Assembly (NCBI GenBank): GCA_016779445.1
Contig: JADHNP010000003.1
Location: forward strand, 24-64,023
DNA length: 64,000 nucleotides
From: Luminiphilus sp.
GTDB lineage: Bacteria > Pseudomonadota > Gammaproteobacteria > Pseudomonadales > Halieaceae
Direction of reading: 5' to 3'
The translations under genes and the position numbers were made by a program. The notes beneath the pieces are model-generated. The model worked only from the letters and a program-made list of their open reading frames with translations. It made no database searches and was not told the origin of the DNA. Shown in pieces: positions 41,072-50,896 of the stretch (the stretch's first letter is position 1; every line of letters starts with the position of its first letter).

Positions 41072-41749
41072 TTACAGACCGACCTCGTTCCTCAGCCTAG
41101 CTAGATTGCTGGTTTGTTCTTCCACACTAGGAAGAGATGTATCCGGTGGCGCAATCGCCAATCTCTCTGGGCCTTGAAGCACTTCGCCCCGCGCTGCGCG
41201 ATTGGCCCAGCGTTCGTAGTGGCCCCTGAAGATAGGCCAAGTTTTGGTCTCAGGTTCGTTGGCGAGAAAAAACCAATCACTGTCCCGCCCGGCCAGATAT
41301 ACGGCAGGGTGTTGCCATGCCGCCTCTACTTTCGGAGACGGCGCAAGGCAGGCCTCCCGATAGGCATCGTAAGGCGAGGGAAGACCAAGGTCACTGAGGC
41401 AGAACCGGCAGGAATCGATCATTTTGTTCAGGGTGGGTAGATAATCGCTGTTTTCGATTGCGTGTTGTGCGGCGCGTAGAATTACGGCCGTGGGATAAGA
41501 CGCCAATGCCTCTAACCAGAGCCGTTTGACCTGTTTCACTTGCTCGGCGTCGCTCCAGGCAGCGTAATACTGGTTATGGTAGTTGAGGCGAAACAGGGCA
41601 AACACCTGGTTGATCGCCTCGACCACCTGGGGCTCGGGCTGGGGGGCAGTGTCAGTTGGCCCAGCTGGTGTCGGTGAGATCGTCGCTGAGGCTTCGGTCT
41701 TTTGAACGATAGCCTGCGCCAGTGTTACTGCGTCCTTTTTCCCCACCAT
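41072..41749 (-). CDS. Lambda-P-like replication protein (putative helicase loader, DopE-like)
   Basis: AINQVFALFRLNYHNQY, KRLW, YLPTL, GLPSPYDAYREAC, WQHPAVYLAG resemble phage replication protein P; GGAGA RBS before ATG 41749. Confidence 0.8.
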   Translation of the reverse strand: MVGKKDAVTLAQAIVQKTEASATISPTPAGPTDTAPQPEPQVVEAINQVFALFRLNYHNQYYAAWSDAEQVKQVKRLWLEALASYPTAVILRAAQHAIENSDYLPTLNKMIDSCRFCLSDLGLPSPYDAYREACLAPSPKVEAAWQHPAVYLAGRDSDWFFLANEPETKTWPIFRGHYERWANRAARGEVLQGPERLAIAPPDTSLPSVEEQTSNLARLRNEVGL

Positions 41750-42731
41750 GCTGATCTCCCTCAGTTGCTGCACGGCACTGGCGTTTTGCGTGCTGCAAAA
41801 ATTTACTGTTCCATGAGGTATGCACCTCATTACTGTCCAACCAATACATGATGAACTCAGGCAACAACGCCCGAGCCGACTCTTCGTTGATACCCGCGAG
41901 GCGAAGTGTGTCGTAGACCGCCAGGTCGGGCTGCCAATTGCGGGAGATACGGCTGGGCTCGGTGCTGTGCTGGATCTGGCTCGTATGTCGCAACCAGCGA
42001 CGCCTGACATGCTCTACGAATCGACTATTAATCTCTTTCGGCGCACCACCGCGCTCACTCCAATACAACACGAACTCTGCCCGAACACTGTTTGCAAAAG
42101 CCGCGTCGATACCCGCTTGTGCCAAAACCTCTAACGCATCCTGACTGGGGACCCAGTCTTTGCCAAATGGCGAGGGTGCGCTGATCTTGAAGGTATTGTA
42201 TTGCGATTGCCGATTACGCCATTGCGACAGCACGTATTGCCTGAACTGGGTTTCGATCTCTCTGGCGGAGTCGGGAATGAAGTTCTGCCTGACTTCATCA
42301 ATAAATGCTTCGCTCATACCGTGGTTGAGTATCAGCAGGTCAATAATGGCGCGATCGGGCAGCCAGGGCGTGGTGAGTGAATAGCCATGGTGTTGGTTCG
42401 GCCCCGGGTCCGCTTGCGGGCTGGGGTTGGCAGCGCGTTCTCCGCTCATGGTATTGGCAACGGCCAGCATGGTCATTTGCGGTTCGGGGTGCGGTGCTTG
42501 CGCCAGAATTCCCAGATCCGTCAGCTTTTCAATCAGATCGCTAATATACGCTGTGGACCAAAAAGGCAGATTCTTCTGTACATCATGCAAGTTGATTGTC
42601 ATCCAGCCTGCTTGGCCCTTCAGTAGCCCACCGATTTCTTGAAGCAGCACGGCTTCCTCAAGCCCAATAGTAGCGGCCAGCTCCGGAGAGAAGGTCAGTT
42701 GGCGATCGGGAATGAGGGAGCCGGATTGCAT
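41652..42731 (-). CDS. Protein with tandem DnaT-like ssDNA-binding repeats (DopC-like)
   Basis: N-terminal wHTH-like region (FSPELAATIGLEEAVLLQ, LPFWS) plus three W-x-P...EF..YW...F repeats; overlaps the P-like gene by 98 nt. Confidence 0.8.
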   Translation of the reverse strand: MQSGSLIPDRQLTFSPELAATIGLEEAVLLQEIGGLLKGQAGWMTINLHDVQKNLPFWSTAYISDLIEKLTDLGILAQAPHPEPQMTMLAVANTMSGERAANPSPQADPGPNQHHGYSLTTPWLPDRAIIDLLILNHGMSEAFIDEVRQNFIPDSAREIETQFRQYVLSQWRNRQSQYNTFKISAPSPFGKDWVPSQDALEVLAQAGIDAAFANSVRAEFVLYWSERGGAPKEINSRFVEHVRRRWLRHTSQIQHSTEPSRISRNWQPDLAVYDTLRLAGINEESARALLPEFIMYWLDSNEVHTSWNSKFLQHAKRQCRAATEGDQHGGEKGRSNTGAGYRSKDRSLSDDLTDTSWAN

Positions 42732-42819
42732 CGGATGCGTTAAAGAGTGGACGGTCTGATAGGATACCGGCTTACCTGGATGAATACAGCCTCTACCATC
42801 AGGTTCTCTGGAGTTTCGC

Positions 42820-44199
42820 GTGGCCAAGGCAAAAACAGCGTTTGTCTGTAACGATTGTGGGGCAGATTATCCTAAGTGGCAGGGACAGTGTGGCGAGTGC
42901 CATGCTTGGAATACCCTTACTGAAATCCGTTTGAGTGCCCCAGCCGGCAAACGCGCTTCTAGTGGACGTAATGTGCGGCACACTGGTTTTGCGGGCAGTC
43001 TTGCGCCGGTACAAAAATTGGCGGATGTGGCAGTGAGCGATTTGCCACGGATGGGGTCGGGATTTGAAGAATTTGATCGGGTACTTGGAGGCGGCCTTGT
43101 CCCCGGATCCAGTATTCTGATCGGTGGGCATCCCGGAGCAGGTAAAAGCACGCTCTTACTGCAGACACTGTGTCGTCTGGCGGCCCGGTATACGGCACTT
43201 TATGTGACGGGAGAAGAATCTCCCGGACAAATCGCGATGCGGGCAAAACGGCTGGGGCTTCCCTCTGATGAGCTGCAACTGCTCGCCGAGACAGATGTGG
43301 ATGCAATTCTGGCCTCGGCAGAGGCACTCAAGCCCGCGATATTGGTAGTGGATTCCATACAGGTGGTCCATAGCGAGACGCTGACTTCTGCCCCAGGCAG
43401 CGTGTCCCAGGTACGGGACTGCGCAGCACAGCTCACGCGTTATGCCAAACAAACGGGGACCGTGCTCATACTGGTGGGTCATGTCACTAAGGATGGCAGT
43501 TTGGCGGGCCCCAAGGTGCTTGAGCACATGATTGACTGCTCCATATTGCTCGAGGGAGATCATGATTCTCGTTACCGCACGCTCAGAGGCCAGAAAAACC
43601 GGTTTGGCGCTGTGAACGAGCTGGGCATTTTCGCCATGACCGATGGTGGCCTGAAGGAGGTCTCCAACCCCTCGGCTATTTTTCTGGATCGCTCTGAATA
43701 CTCAGCCCCGGGCACTACCGTTGTCGTAGTTTGGGAGGGGACCCGCCCGTTGTTGGTAGAGATTCAAGCGTTGGTGGACGACAGTTCCTTGGGCAACCCG
43801 CGGCGGGTCACGGTCGGCTTTGAGCAGAATCGTTTGGCCATGTTGCTAGCAGTGCTGCATCGCCACGGCGGGATTCATGTCGGTGATCAGGACGTATTTG
43901 CCAATGTTGTAGGAGGCGTTCGTGTGATGGAGACCTCTGCGGATCTTCCTTTGTTGTTGGCGGTGGTGTCGAGTTTGAGGAATCGCACGCTTCCAAGGGA
44001 CTGGGTCGTATTCGGTGAGGTCGGTCTCTCAGGCGAAATTCGTCCGGTTGCCAGTGGTCAGGAGCGGCTGGCCGAAGCCGCCAAGCACGGCTTTAAGGTG
44101 GCGATCGTACCCAAGTCCAATGCCCCAAAAAAACCTATCCCCAACCTCAAAGTGATTCCGGTAGCACGATTATCGGAGGCGCTGGATGCCTGTTCCTGA
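42820..44199 (+). CDS. radA: DNA repair protein RadA/Sms
   Basis: C4 zinc finger, GHPGAGKST, KNRFG, Lon-like C-terminal domain. Confidence 0.98.
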   Translation: MAKAKTAFVCNDCGADYPKWQGQCGECHAWNTLTEIRLSAPAGKRASSGRNVRHTGFAGSLAPVQKLADVAVSDLPRMGSGFEEFDRVLGGGLVPGSSILIGGHPGAGKSTLLLQTLCRLAARYTALYVTGEESPGQIAMRAKRLGLPSDELQLLAETDVDAILASAEALKPAILVVDSIQVVHSETLTSAPGSVSQVRDCAAQLTRYAKQTGTVLILVGHVTKDGSLAGPKVLEHMIDCSILLEGDHDSRYRTLRGQKNRFGAVNELGIFAMTDGGLKEVSNPSAIFLDRSEYSAPGTTVVVVWEGTRPLLVEIQALVDDSSLGNPRRVTVGFEQNRLAMLLAVLHRHGGIHVGDQDVFANVVGGVRVMETSADLPLLLAVVSSLRNRTLPRDWVVFGEVGLSGEIRPVASGQERLAEAAKHGFKVAIVPKSNAPKKPIPNLKVIPVARLSEALDACS

Positions 44200-44250
44200 A
44201 GCTACATAGTTCATGTTGAAGCCGCCACGCATGCGAGCGACTGTCGATTA

Positions 44251-45915
44251 TCACTTCAGTTTGCGATGTTTCACCCGGCTGGGTACGGCTGCGTCGGCGC
44301 CAACGCGTTGTCGTCGATCTTCCTCATAGTCTGTGTAGTTGCCTTCGTGGAACACCACGCCGCCGTCGTCTTCGTAAGCCAGGATGTGTGTAGCGATGCG
44401 ATCGAGGAACCACCGATCGTGAGAAATCACCAGCGCTGAACCGGGGAAAGCCAACAAGGCTTCCTCTAGTGCTCGTAATGTCTCGATATCCAGGTCATTG
44501 GTGGGTTCATCAAGAAGAAGCACGTTGGCACCTTGCTTTAGTAGCTTTGCCAGATGCAGTCTATTCCGCTCGCCCCCGGAGAGATCTTTGACAAATTTCT
44601 GCTGGTCAGACCCTTTAAAGTTAAATCGACCCACGTAGCTTCTTGAGGGTATTTCATAGCTACCAATGCGGATGATGTCGAGACTGTCTGACACTTCTTC
44701 CCAAACCGTCTTGCTGCCGTCCAGATCATCTCGAGACTGATCAACGTAACCAAGTTCGACGGTATCGCCGACAACGACGTCTCCGCCATCGGGAGTTTCC
44801 AAACCCATTAATATGCGAAACAGTGTAGATTTTCCCATGCCGTTAGCACCGATGATCCCCACGATACTGCCTTTTGGCACGACAAAATTGACGTCCTCAA
44901 ACAGCAGACGATCACCAAAGGTTTTACGTAGGCCGCTGACCTCGATTACCTTGTCTCCCAGACGCGCACCAGGGGGAATATAGATCTCGTTAGTCTCGTT
45001 ACGAGTCTGAAATTCTTGCGAGTTAAGGTCTTCGAAACGTTGCAGGCGAGCCTTGTTTTTTGCCTGGCGCCCTTTGGGGTTAGAGCGTACCCACTCCAAT
45101 TCGGCCTTGATGGCTTTCTGATGCGACGCCTCCTGGCGTTGTTCTTGCTCAAGTCTCTTTTCTTTGGTTTCCAGCCAGTTGGAGTAGTTGCCTTCGTAGG
45201 GGATTCCACGACCTCGGTCGAGCTCCAAGATCCAACCCGCGGCGTTGTCGAGAAAGTATCGATCGTGTGTGATGGCCACAACCGTGCCTTGGAAATCCTC
45301 CAAAAAATGCTCCAACCAGGCGACAGACTCGGCATCAAGGTGGTTGGTGGGCTCATCCAGTAACAACATATCCGGCTCGGAGAGGAGGAGTCGCGCGAGC
45401 GCAACGCGACGTTTTTCTCCGCCTGAAAGTGTTTCCACACTGGCTTCCCACTGGGGCAACCGCAGTGCATTGGCTGCGATTTCGAGTCGGGTGTCGAGGT
45501 TATGCGCGTCCTTTGCCTGAATGACATCCTCAAGGCGGGCCTGTTCTTTGGCTAGCGCGTCAAAATCGGCGTCGGGTTCCGCGTAATCAGCGTATATTTT
45601 TTCTAGCCCGGACAGTGCATCGATGGCGTCTTGCACGCCTTCCTCGACGTTCCCTCGCACAGTTTTATCAGGGTTGAGCTGCGGTTCCTGAGCCAGATAA
45701 CCGATTTTGATATCGGGCTGTGGGCGCGCTTCACCGAGGATATCAGTGTCTATTCCAGCCATGATTTTCAGCAGAGTGGACTTGCCCGCCCCGTTCAGGC
45801 CGAGGACACCTATTTTGGCGCCTGGAAAAAACGACAGCGATATGTCTTTCAGAATCTCTTTTTTTGGGGGGACAATTTTTCCCACGCGGTTCATGGTGTA
45901 AACGTATTGCGCCAA
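44251..45915 (-). CDS. ettA: ABC-F translational throttle EttA (TTG start)
   Basis: AQYVYTMNRVGKIVPPKK, two ABC domains (GLNGAGKST, LSGGE), ELEWVRSNPKGRQAK linker. Confidence 0.97.
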   Translation of the reverse strand: MAQYVYTMNRVGKIVPPKKEILKDISLSFFPGAKIGVLGLNGAGKSTLLKIMAGIDTDILGEARPQPDIKIGYLAQEPQLNPDKTVRGNVEEGVQDAIDALSGLEKIYADYAEPDADFDALAKEQARLEDVIQAKDAHNLDTRLEIAANALRLPQWEASVETLSGGEKRRVALARLLLSEPDMLLLDEPTNHLDAESVAWLEHFLEDFQGTVVAITHDRYFLDNAAGWILELDRGRGIPYEGNYSNWLETKEKRLEQEQRQEASHQKAIKAELEWVRSNPKGRQAKNKARLQRFEDLNSQEFQTRNETNEIYIPPGARLGDKVIEVSGLRKTFGDRLLFEDVNFVVPKGSIVGIIGANGMGKSTLFRILMGLETPDGGDVVVGDTVELGYVDQSRDDLDGSKTVWEEVSDSLDIIRIGSYEIPSRSYVGRFNFKGSDQQKFVKDLSGGERNRLHLAKLLKQGANVLLLDEPTNDLDIETLRALEEALLAFPGSALVISHDRWFLDRIATHILAYEDDGGVVFHEGNYTDYEEDRRQRVGADAAVPSRVKHRKLK

Positions 45916-46049
45916 GATATGTCTCCCTTAAAGGACGGCTGTAAGGATGGAGAGTGCATCCATCCTCAGGGGTTATGAAATGTTAGTGATGGCGAGTGTA
46001 CTGAATGATATGCCTACCCGCCTAATGCTGGTTGAGGAGGATAGGCGTG

Positions 46050-46229
46050 TTATTCCTCTCGGATCGCCACAATCGTGGACTTGATCACATCTTCCAATTT
46101 TTGTTCCGTTTCGTTCCACACAACAACTCGCTCACTCCCTGGGTTCACTGGCACATCGGCATCGCGGAACTCAATGGTTTTAACCTCGTTGGTTTTCCAA
46201 TGCCTGAATGGCATGAACTTTTTCGCCAT
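46050..46229 (-). CDS. Hypothetical 59-aa protein
   Basis: MAKKFMPFRHWKTNEVKTIEFRDADVPVNPGSERVVVWNETEQKLEDVIKSTIVAIREE; AGGGA RBS. Confidence 0.65.
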   Translation of the reverse strand: MAKKFMPFRHWKTNEVKTIEFRDADVPVNPGSERVVVWNETEQKLEDVIKSTIVAIREE

Positions 46230-46433
46230 TACGTGCGTTTCCCTGTGCCTGCTAGGTGAATGTGGTGTGGTGTGGCGTGATTCGCCCATCCTCTAGGCCT
46301 TTGATCTTGAGGCGCCGACCCGAGCGTCTTCAAGCTAAGCTGCGATGTTATCGAATCGCACGTGGTTTCCCCATCGCAATAATTCACGGTCGCCTCTCAT
46401 ACTCGATCTACAGCAGTCCGAGATGGGGCGATC

Positions 46434-47513
46434 TCAGATGGCTATGGGCGCACTACTAGGGTCGTCTTCTGAGGGCTGATAATCTGAGGGCATTAACTGC
46501 TCGTGAAATGATTCAACCTCAAACACGGCCTCCTCGTGCATGTCAGCAATATGAAACAGGGCGTCTCCCGCATAGACCAGTGGTAAGTTGGATCTCCCAA
46601 TGATGACGCCCGCCATTGGCGCTCTCACCTCGGTTTCTTCAATGCCCAGCGGGTCGGCAATCAGGCCGATGACCTGGCCCTCGCTGACTTGCGCTCCCAG
46701 TGGCATCAGCATCCGGTGGATGCCACTAGCCGGCGCCCTCAGCCATTGAGTCTGTCGGCTAAAGATCGGTGTCTGCCTTTGTTTAGCGCGACTTTTTCGC
46801 ACCATACCCAAGTGGCGCATAACGTTGACCACACCTTTTACGCCCGCACGAATATGAACCTCGTCAAAACGCAGGGCCTCACAACTCTCATAAAGGATAA
46901 CCGGCACCCCAAGTTCGGTAGCGCACTGCCGCAAAGAGCCGTCACGCACCGCCGAATCGATCACCAGTGGCGCACCAAATGCCTCAGTCATGGCACGCAC
47001 CTCGGGATCGTGGAGTTCGGCCCGTATCTGTGGGAAGTTGCTGCGATGTCTGCCGCCGGTATGCAAGTCGATGCCATGAGTACAAAGGGCCACGATCTCC
47101 TGCATAAATGTATGTGCCACCCGTCCCGTCAGAGATCCTGTGGCCGAGCCCGGAAAGCTTCGGTTGAGGTCCCGACCGTCGGGTAAGTAGCGCGAGTGAG
47201 AAATGACGCCGTAGACGTTCACGATGGGTATCGCCAGTAGGGTTCCACGGAGCTTACGGACGTCAATGCGTTTGATAAGACGACGAATAATTTCGATCCC
47301 ATTTATTTCGTCACCGTGAATGGCCGCACAAACGAAAAGGGCTGGACCCGCCCGTTTGCCGTGGATCACATGAACCGATATGGCGAGGTCATCGTGCGCG
47401 TAGGTGGGTGCCACTGGGATTTCAACGGTCTTCGCCTCGCCGGGTGCGATGACAGTGCCGCCAATTTTAAAATGAGCTGCCGTTTCAGCGACTCGGGTGT
47501 TAGTTCTCAGCAT
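46434..47513 (-). CDS. Succinylglutamate desuccinylase/aspartoacylase-family (M14-like) deacylase
   Basis: AIHGDEING, DLNRSFPG, IDLHTG; C-terminal biotinyl-like domain. Confidence 0.92.
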   Translation of the reverse strand: MLRTNTRVAETAAHFKIGGTVIAPGEAKTVEIPVAPTYAHDDLAISVHVIHGKRAGPALFVCAAIHGDEINGIEIIRRLIKRIDVRKLRGTLLAIPIVNVYGVISHSRYLPDGRDLNRSFPGSATGSLTGRVAHTFMQEIVALCTHGIDLHTGGRHRSNFPQIRAELHDPEVRAMTEAFGAPLVIDSAVRDGSLRQCATELGVPVILYESCEALRFDEVHIRAGVKGVVNVMRHLGMVRKSRAKQRQTPIFSRQTQWLRAPASGIHRMLMPLGAQVSEGQVIGLIADPLGIEETEVRAPMAGVIIGRSNLPLVYAGDALFHIADMHEEAVFEVESFHEQLMPSDYQPSEDDPSSAPIAI

Positions 47514-47517
47514 ACGG

Positions 47518-48423
47518 CTACCCTTTGACGCGACGCTGAGACTTTCCGGTATGGACATGCGACTCGATGAACTCGATGATCTTTCCGGCGACATTGACGC
47601 CAGTTGCCTCTTCGATCCCCTTCAGTCCCGGAGAGGAATTAACCTCCATTACCAGAGGTCCGCGATCTGATCGCAGAATGTCCACGCCGGCTACATTCAG
47701 GCCCATTGTTTGGGCTGCTTTAAGTGCTGTGCGTCGCTCCACCGCTGTAAGTTTGGTGAGTTTGGCGCTTCCGCCACGATGCAGATTTGAGCGAAATTCT
47801 CCCGCCGCTGATGTCCGCTCCATCGCCGCTACCACCCGGTTGCCAATCACAAAGCAGCGTACGTCGGAGCCGCCCGCTTCCTTGATAAATTCCTGCACTA
47901 AAAAATCAGCCCCCAACTCCTTGAACGCTTCAATGACAGACTCGGCGGCTTTTGCCGTCTCTGCCAGCACGACGCCACGCCCTTGAGTCCCCTCCAATAA
48001 CTTCACTACTACGGGGGCGCCGCCCACCAGCTTGATGAGCTGTCTGGTATTAGAAATATCGTGGGCGAACCCAGTTGCGGGCATGCCTAGGCCTTTTCGG
48101 GAAAGCAACTGCAGAGCGCGTAGCTTGGATCGAGATCGCCCAAGCGGAATTGATCCGACTAACGCATAGGTGTCCATCATTTCAAACTGCCGGATAACAG
48201 CGGTGCCGTAGTTGGTGATCGAAGCGCCAATGCGGGGAATAATGGCGTCTAGACGATCGAGCTGGCTGCCTCGATACCATACCGCTGGCTTTGCAGAACT
48301 GATGTCCATATAGCACTTAAGCGTATCGATAACGCTGCATTCATGGCCCGAGGCAATGGCTTCTTCGAGTAATCGCGAGGTACTGTAGAGTTTGGGGTTT
48401 CTAGAGAGTATGCCTATTTTCAT
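47518..48423 (-). CDS. rimK: Alpha-L-glutamate ligase RimK
   Basis: [35 protein letters not shown] (ATP-grasp). Confidence 0.96.
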   Translation of the reverse strand: MKIGILSRNPKLYSTSRLLEEAIASGHECSVIDTLKCYMDISSAKPAVWYRGSQLDRLDAIIPRIGASITNYGTAVIRQFEMMDTYALVGSIPLGRSRSKLRALQLLSRKGLGMPATGFAHDISNTRQLIKLVGGAPVVVKLLEGTQGRGVVLAETAKAAESVIEAFKELGADFLVQEFIKEAGGSDVRCFVIGNRVVAAMERTSAAGEFRSNLHRGGSAKLTKLTAVERRTALKAAQTMGLNVAGVDILRSDRGPLVMEVNSSPGLKGIEEATGVNVAGKIIEFIESHVHTGKSQRRVKG

Positions 48424-48872
48424 TGGGCCTCCGGCGGGGCGAATCGGTCGCCGCCAAGAAGGAAGGAGCGTCTCGGCCATACCGAGGCATCTATGGGAAG
48501 TGCGGTGCGACCCAGTAACATTGAAAAACGCATTGTACTGCGATCGGTTAGGGTGATGTCGATCATAGACTGGAGCGTGCCAATGAGCATCTCGGTGCGA
48601 ATAACGGGTCTGCGTTCCGTGTTGCCTCCCGAGTCTGTCACATCACGAAACTCATAAATCGGCATTTCGCAAGCAATTGAGTCACCATCGACTGGCGAGG
48701 GTTTAAGAATAAAGCTCACCCATTGATTGGCCCCGCGCTGGAACTGTGTAATATTCTGTGCATTCAGGGCACTCGTGCGGGCACCGGTGTCGACTTTGGC
48801 TCTGATCCATGGTGCCGCCAAGCCCGGAAGTGTGATCCACTCACGCCAACCTATGTTCAACGAATCGGTCAC
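48420..48872 (-). CDS. RimK-associated retropepsin-like protease (RimB-like)
   Basis: [20 protein letters not shown]...ERRPVI, MLLGR. Confidence 0.9.
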   Translation of the reverse strand: MTDSLNIGWREWITLPGLAAPWIRAKVDTGARTSALNAQNITQFQRGANQWVSFILKPSPVDGDSIACEMPIYEFRDVTDSGGNTERRPVIRTEMLIGTLQSMIDITLTDRSTMRFSMLLGRTALPIDASVWPRRSFLLGGDRFAPPEAQ

Positions 48873-49090
48873 AACGCCCTATCGACTGGGCTGGGGCGAC
48901 AAAAAAAGTGGTCAACGATCTGCACCGTGGTACTCCCGAGAAACAATCTAGCTATCGTAAACGCTTAATCACAGTCATAAGTAGTGTTTATCTGAGAAAT
49001 GCCTGACGTCGGCCCGCCGTTCAGCTAACATTTCGGTTTCTGTTCTCCATTTCACCCTTTAGGCCCCGTGTACCGAATCAGGAACGCATC

Positions 49091-50389
49091 ATGAATCACG
49101 CAGCAACTCACCTTTCACAATACCTTGACCGAGACGCACAAACGATCGAGGCGTTTGATGCGGAACTTTGGGCCGCGATGCACGCCGAGACGGTTCGCCA
49201 GGAAGAGCATATCGAACTGATCGCTTCAGAGAATTACTGCAGCCCCCGCGTACTGGAGGCACAAGGTTCTGTGCTGACCAATAAATATGCTGAGGGTTAT
49301 CCCGGTAAGCGCTATTACGGCGGTTGTGAATTTGTCGATCAGGCGGAGACCCTCGCGATTGAGCGCGCCAAAATGTTGTTTGGTGCCGATTTTGCCAATG
49401 TGCAACCGCATTCGGGTTCCAGCGCCAATATTGCAGTGTTTCAGGCACTGCTGAAACCTGGAGATACCGTGCTCGGGATGAGCCTCGCTGACGGCGGCCA
49501 TTTGACGCACGGGGCGTCGGTTAATTTTTCAGGAAAAATCTACAATGCAGTGCAATATGGCATTGATAAAAATACGGGGTTGATCGACTACGACGACCTG
49601 AGAGCACTCGCGCTGGAGCATTCACCCAAAATGCTCATCGGTGGATTCTCCGCTTACAGTCGTATCATGGATTGGGCGAGGTTCCGAGAGATCGCGGATG
49701 AGGTGGGCGCTTATTTACTGGTCGACATGGCGCATGTTGCCGGTTTGGTCGCTGCTGGCATCTATCCCAGCCCCATCCCTTTTGCCGACGTGGTCACGAC
49801 AACCACCCATAAGACCTTACGTGGTCCCCGCTCGGGCCTGATTCTGGCGAGAGCCAATGAAGCATTGGAGAAGCAATTTAACTCGGCAATTTTCCCGGGC
49901 GCGCAGGGTGGCCCCTTAATGCACGTCATCGCAGCCAAAGCGGTCGCTTTTAAAGAAGCAATGGCGCCCGACTTCGTTGATTATCAGAAGCAGGTTGTTC
50001 TCAATGCGAAGAGAATGGCGGCAACCTTTATGGCGCGCGGGCATAAAATCGTCTCCGGTGGCACGGACAACCATTTGATGTTGCTGGATTTGATCGGGAA
50101 GGAATATACGGGTAAGGATGCCGATGCCGCCTTGGGCGAGGCCTATATCACCGTTAATAAAAACGCCGTCCCCAACGATCCGCGATCACCTTTTGTGACC
50201 TCTGGCTTGCGCCTAGGAACACCCGCCATTACTACCCGGGGGTTTGGCGAGGCTGAAACTGAGCAACTCACGGGTTGGATCTGCGATGTGCTGGCGGCGC
50301 TGGAGGAGGGGCACTCGGATCAAGTTATCCCAGTTATCAGAGAGCAGGTTAAGGCGCTGTGTGCTTCTATGCCGGTATACGCTCGCTGA
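49091..50389 (+). CDS. glyA: Serine hydroxymethyltransferase
   Basis: [32 protein letters not shown]. Confidence 0.99.
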   Translation: MNHAATHLSQYLDRDAQTIEAFDAELWAAMHAETVRQEEHIELIASENYCSPRVLEAQGSVLTNKYAEGYPGKRYYGGCEFVDQAETLAIERAKMLFGADFANVQPHSGSSANIAVFQALLKPGDTVLGMSLADGGHLTHGASVNFSGKIYNAVQYGIDKNTGLIDYDDLRALALEHSPKMLIGGFSAYSRIMDWARFREIADEVGAYLLVDMAHVAGLVAAGIYPSPIPFADVVTTTTHKTLRGPRSGLILARANEALEKQFNSAIFPGAQGGPLMHVIAAKAVAFKEAMAPDFVDYQKQVVLNAKRMAATFMARGHKIVSGGTDNHLMLLDLIGKEYTGKDADAALGEAYITVNKNAVPNDPRSPFVTSGLRLGTPAITTRGFGEAETEQLTGWICDVLAALEEGHSDQVIPVIREQVKALCASMPVYAR

Positions 50390-50422
50390 AAATCGGTTTG
50401 CGTAGAGAAAAATCAAACGATT

Positions 50423-50896
50423 ATGCATTGCCCCTTTTGTAGCACTGATGAAACGAAAGTGATTGACTCCCGTCTGGTTGCAGAGGGCGCTCAGGTGCGT
50501 CGTCGAAGAGAGTGCCTGAGTTGTACCGAGCGGTTCACCACTTATGAGGCGGCGGAGTTGGTTTTGCCGCGTGTTATTAAGCAAGACGGCAGCCGTGAGC
50601 CATTTGATGAGGAAAAGCTGCGCTCCGGATTATTGCGGGCGCTGGAGAAGCGACCTGTTTCGGTGGAGAGCATTGAGGCAGAGATTGATCAAATCAAGCA
50701 CCGATTGCGAGCGACCGGTGAGCGAGAGGTGCAGTCTTTGCAGGTTGGTGAGTTGGTGATGGACTCTCTCAAAATGCTGGATCATGTGGCCTACGTCCGT
50801 TTTGCTTCGGTTTATCGCAGCTTTCAGGATCTGGCTGAATTCCGAGATGCGATCGAATCCCTCGAGGCAGAGCCTAACAGCGGCGATACCCCGTGA
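50423..50896 (+). CDS. nrdR: Transcriptional repressor NrdR
   Basis: [15 protein letters not shown] zinc ribbon, ATP cone, [10 protein letters not shown]. Confidence 0.98.
   Translation: MHCPFCSTDETKVIDSRLVAEGAQVRRRRECLSCTERFTTYEAAELVLPRVIKQDGSREPFDEEKLRSGLLRALEKRPVSVESIEAEIDQIKHRLRATGEREVQSLQVGELVMDSLKMLDHVAYVRFASVYRSFQDLAEFRDAIESLEAEPNSGDTP

Noticed and set aside
41072-42731. Prophage remnant interpretation of the O/P-like genes
   Set aside because: Flanked by core genes with no other phage functions; fits the reported domesticated pair better.
42776-42789. LexA-box-like CTGGATGAATACAG between radA and the dopC-like gene
   Set aside because: Spacing is CTG-N8-CAG, not the required CTG-N10-CAG.
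48873-49090. Possible ZTP or other riboswitch upstream of glyA
   Set aside because: GACTGGG is present, but the ZTP motif's GACTGGCG and 3' CGCCTGGG elements are not; no other aptamer recognised.
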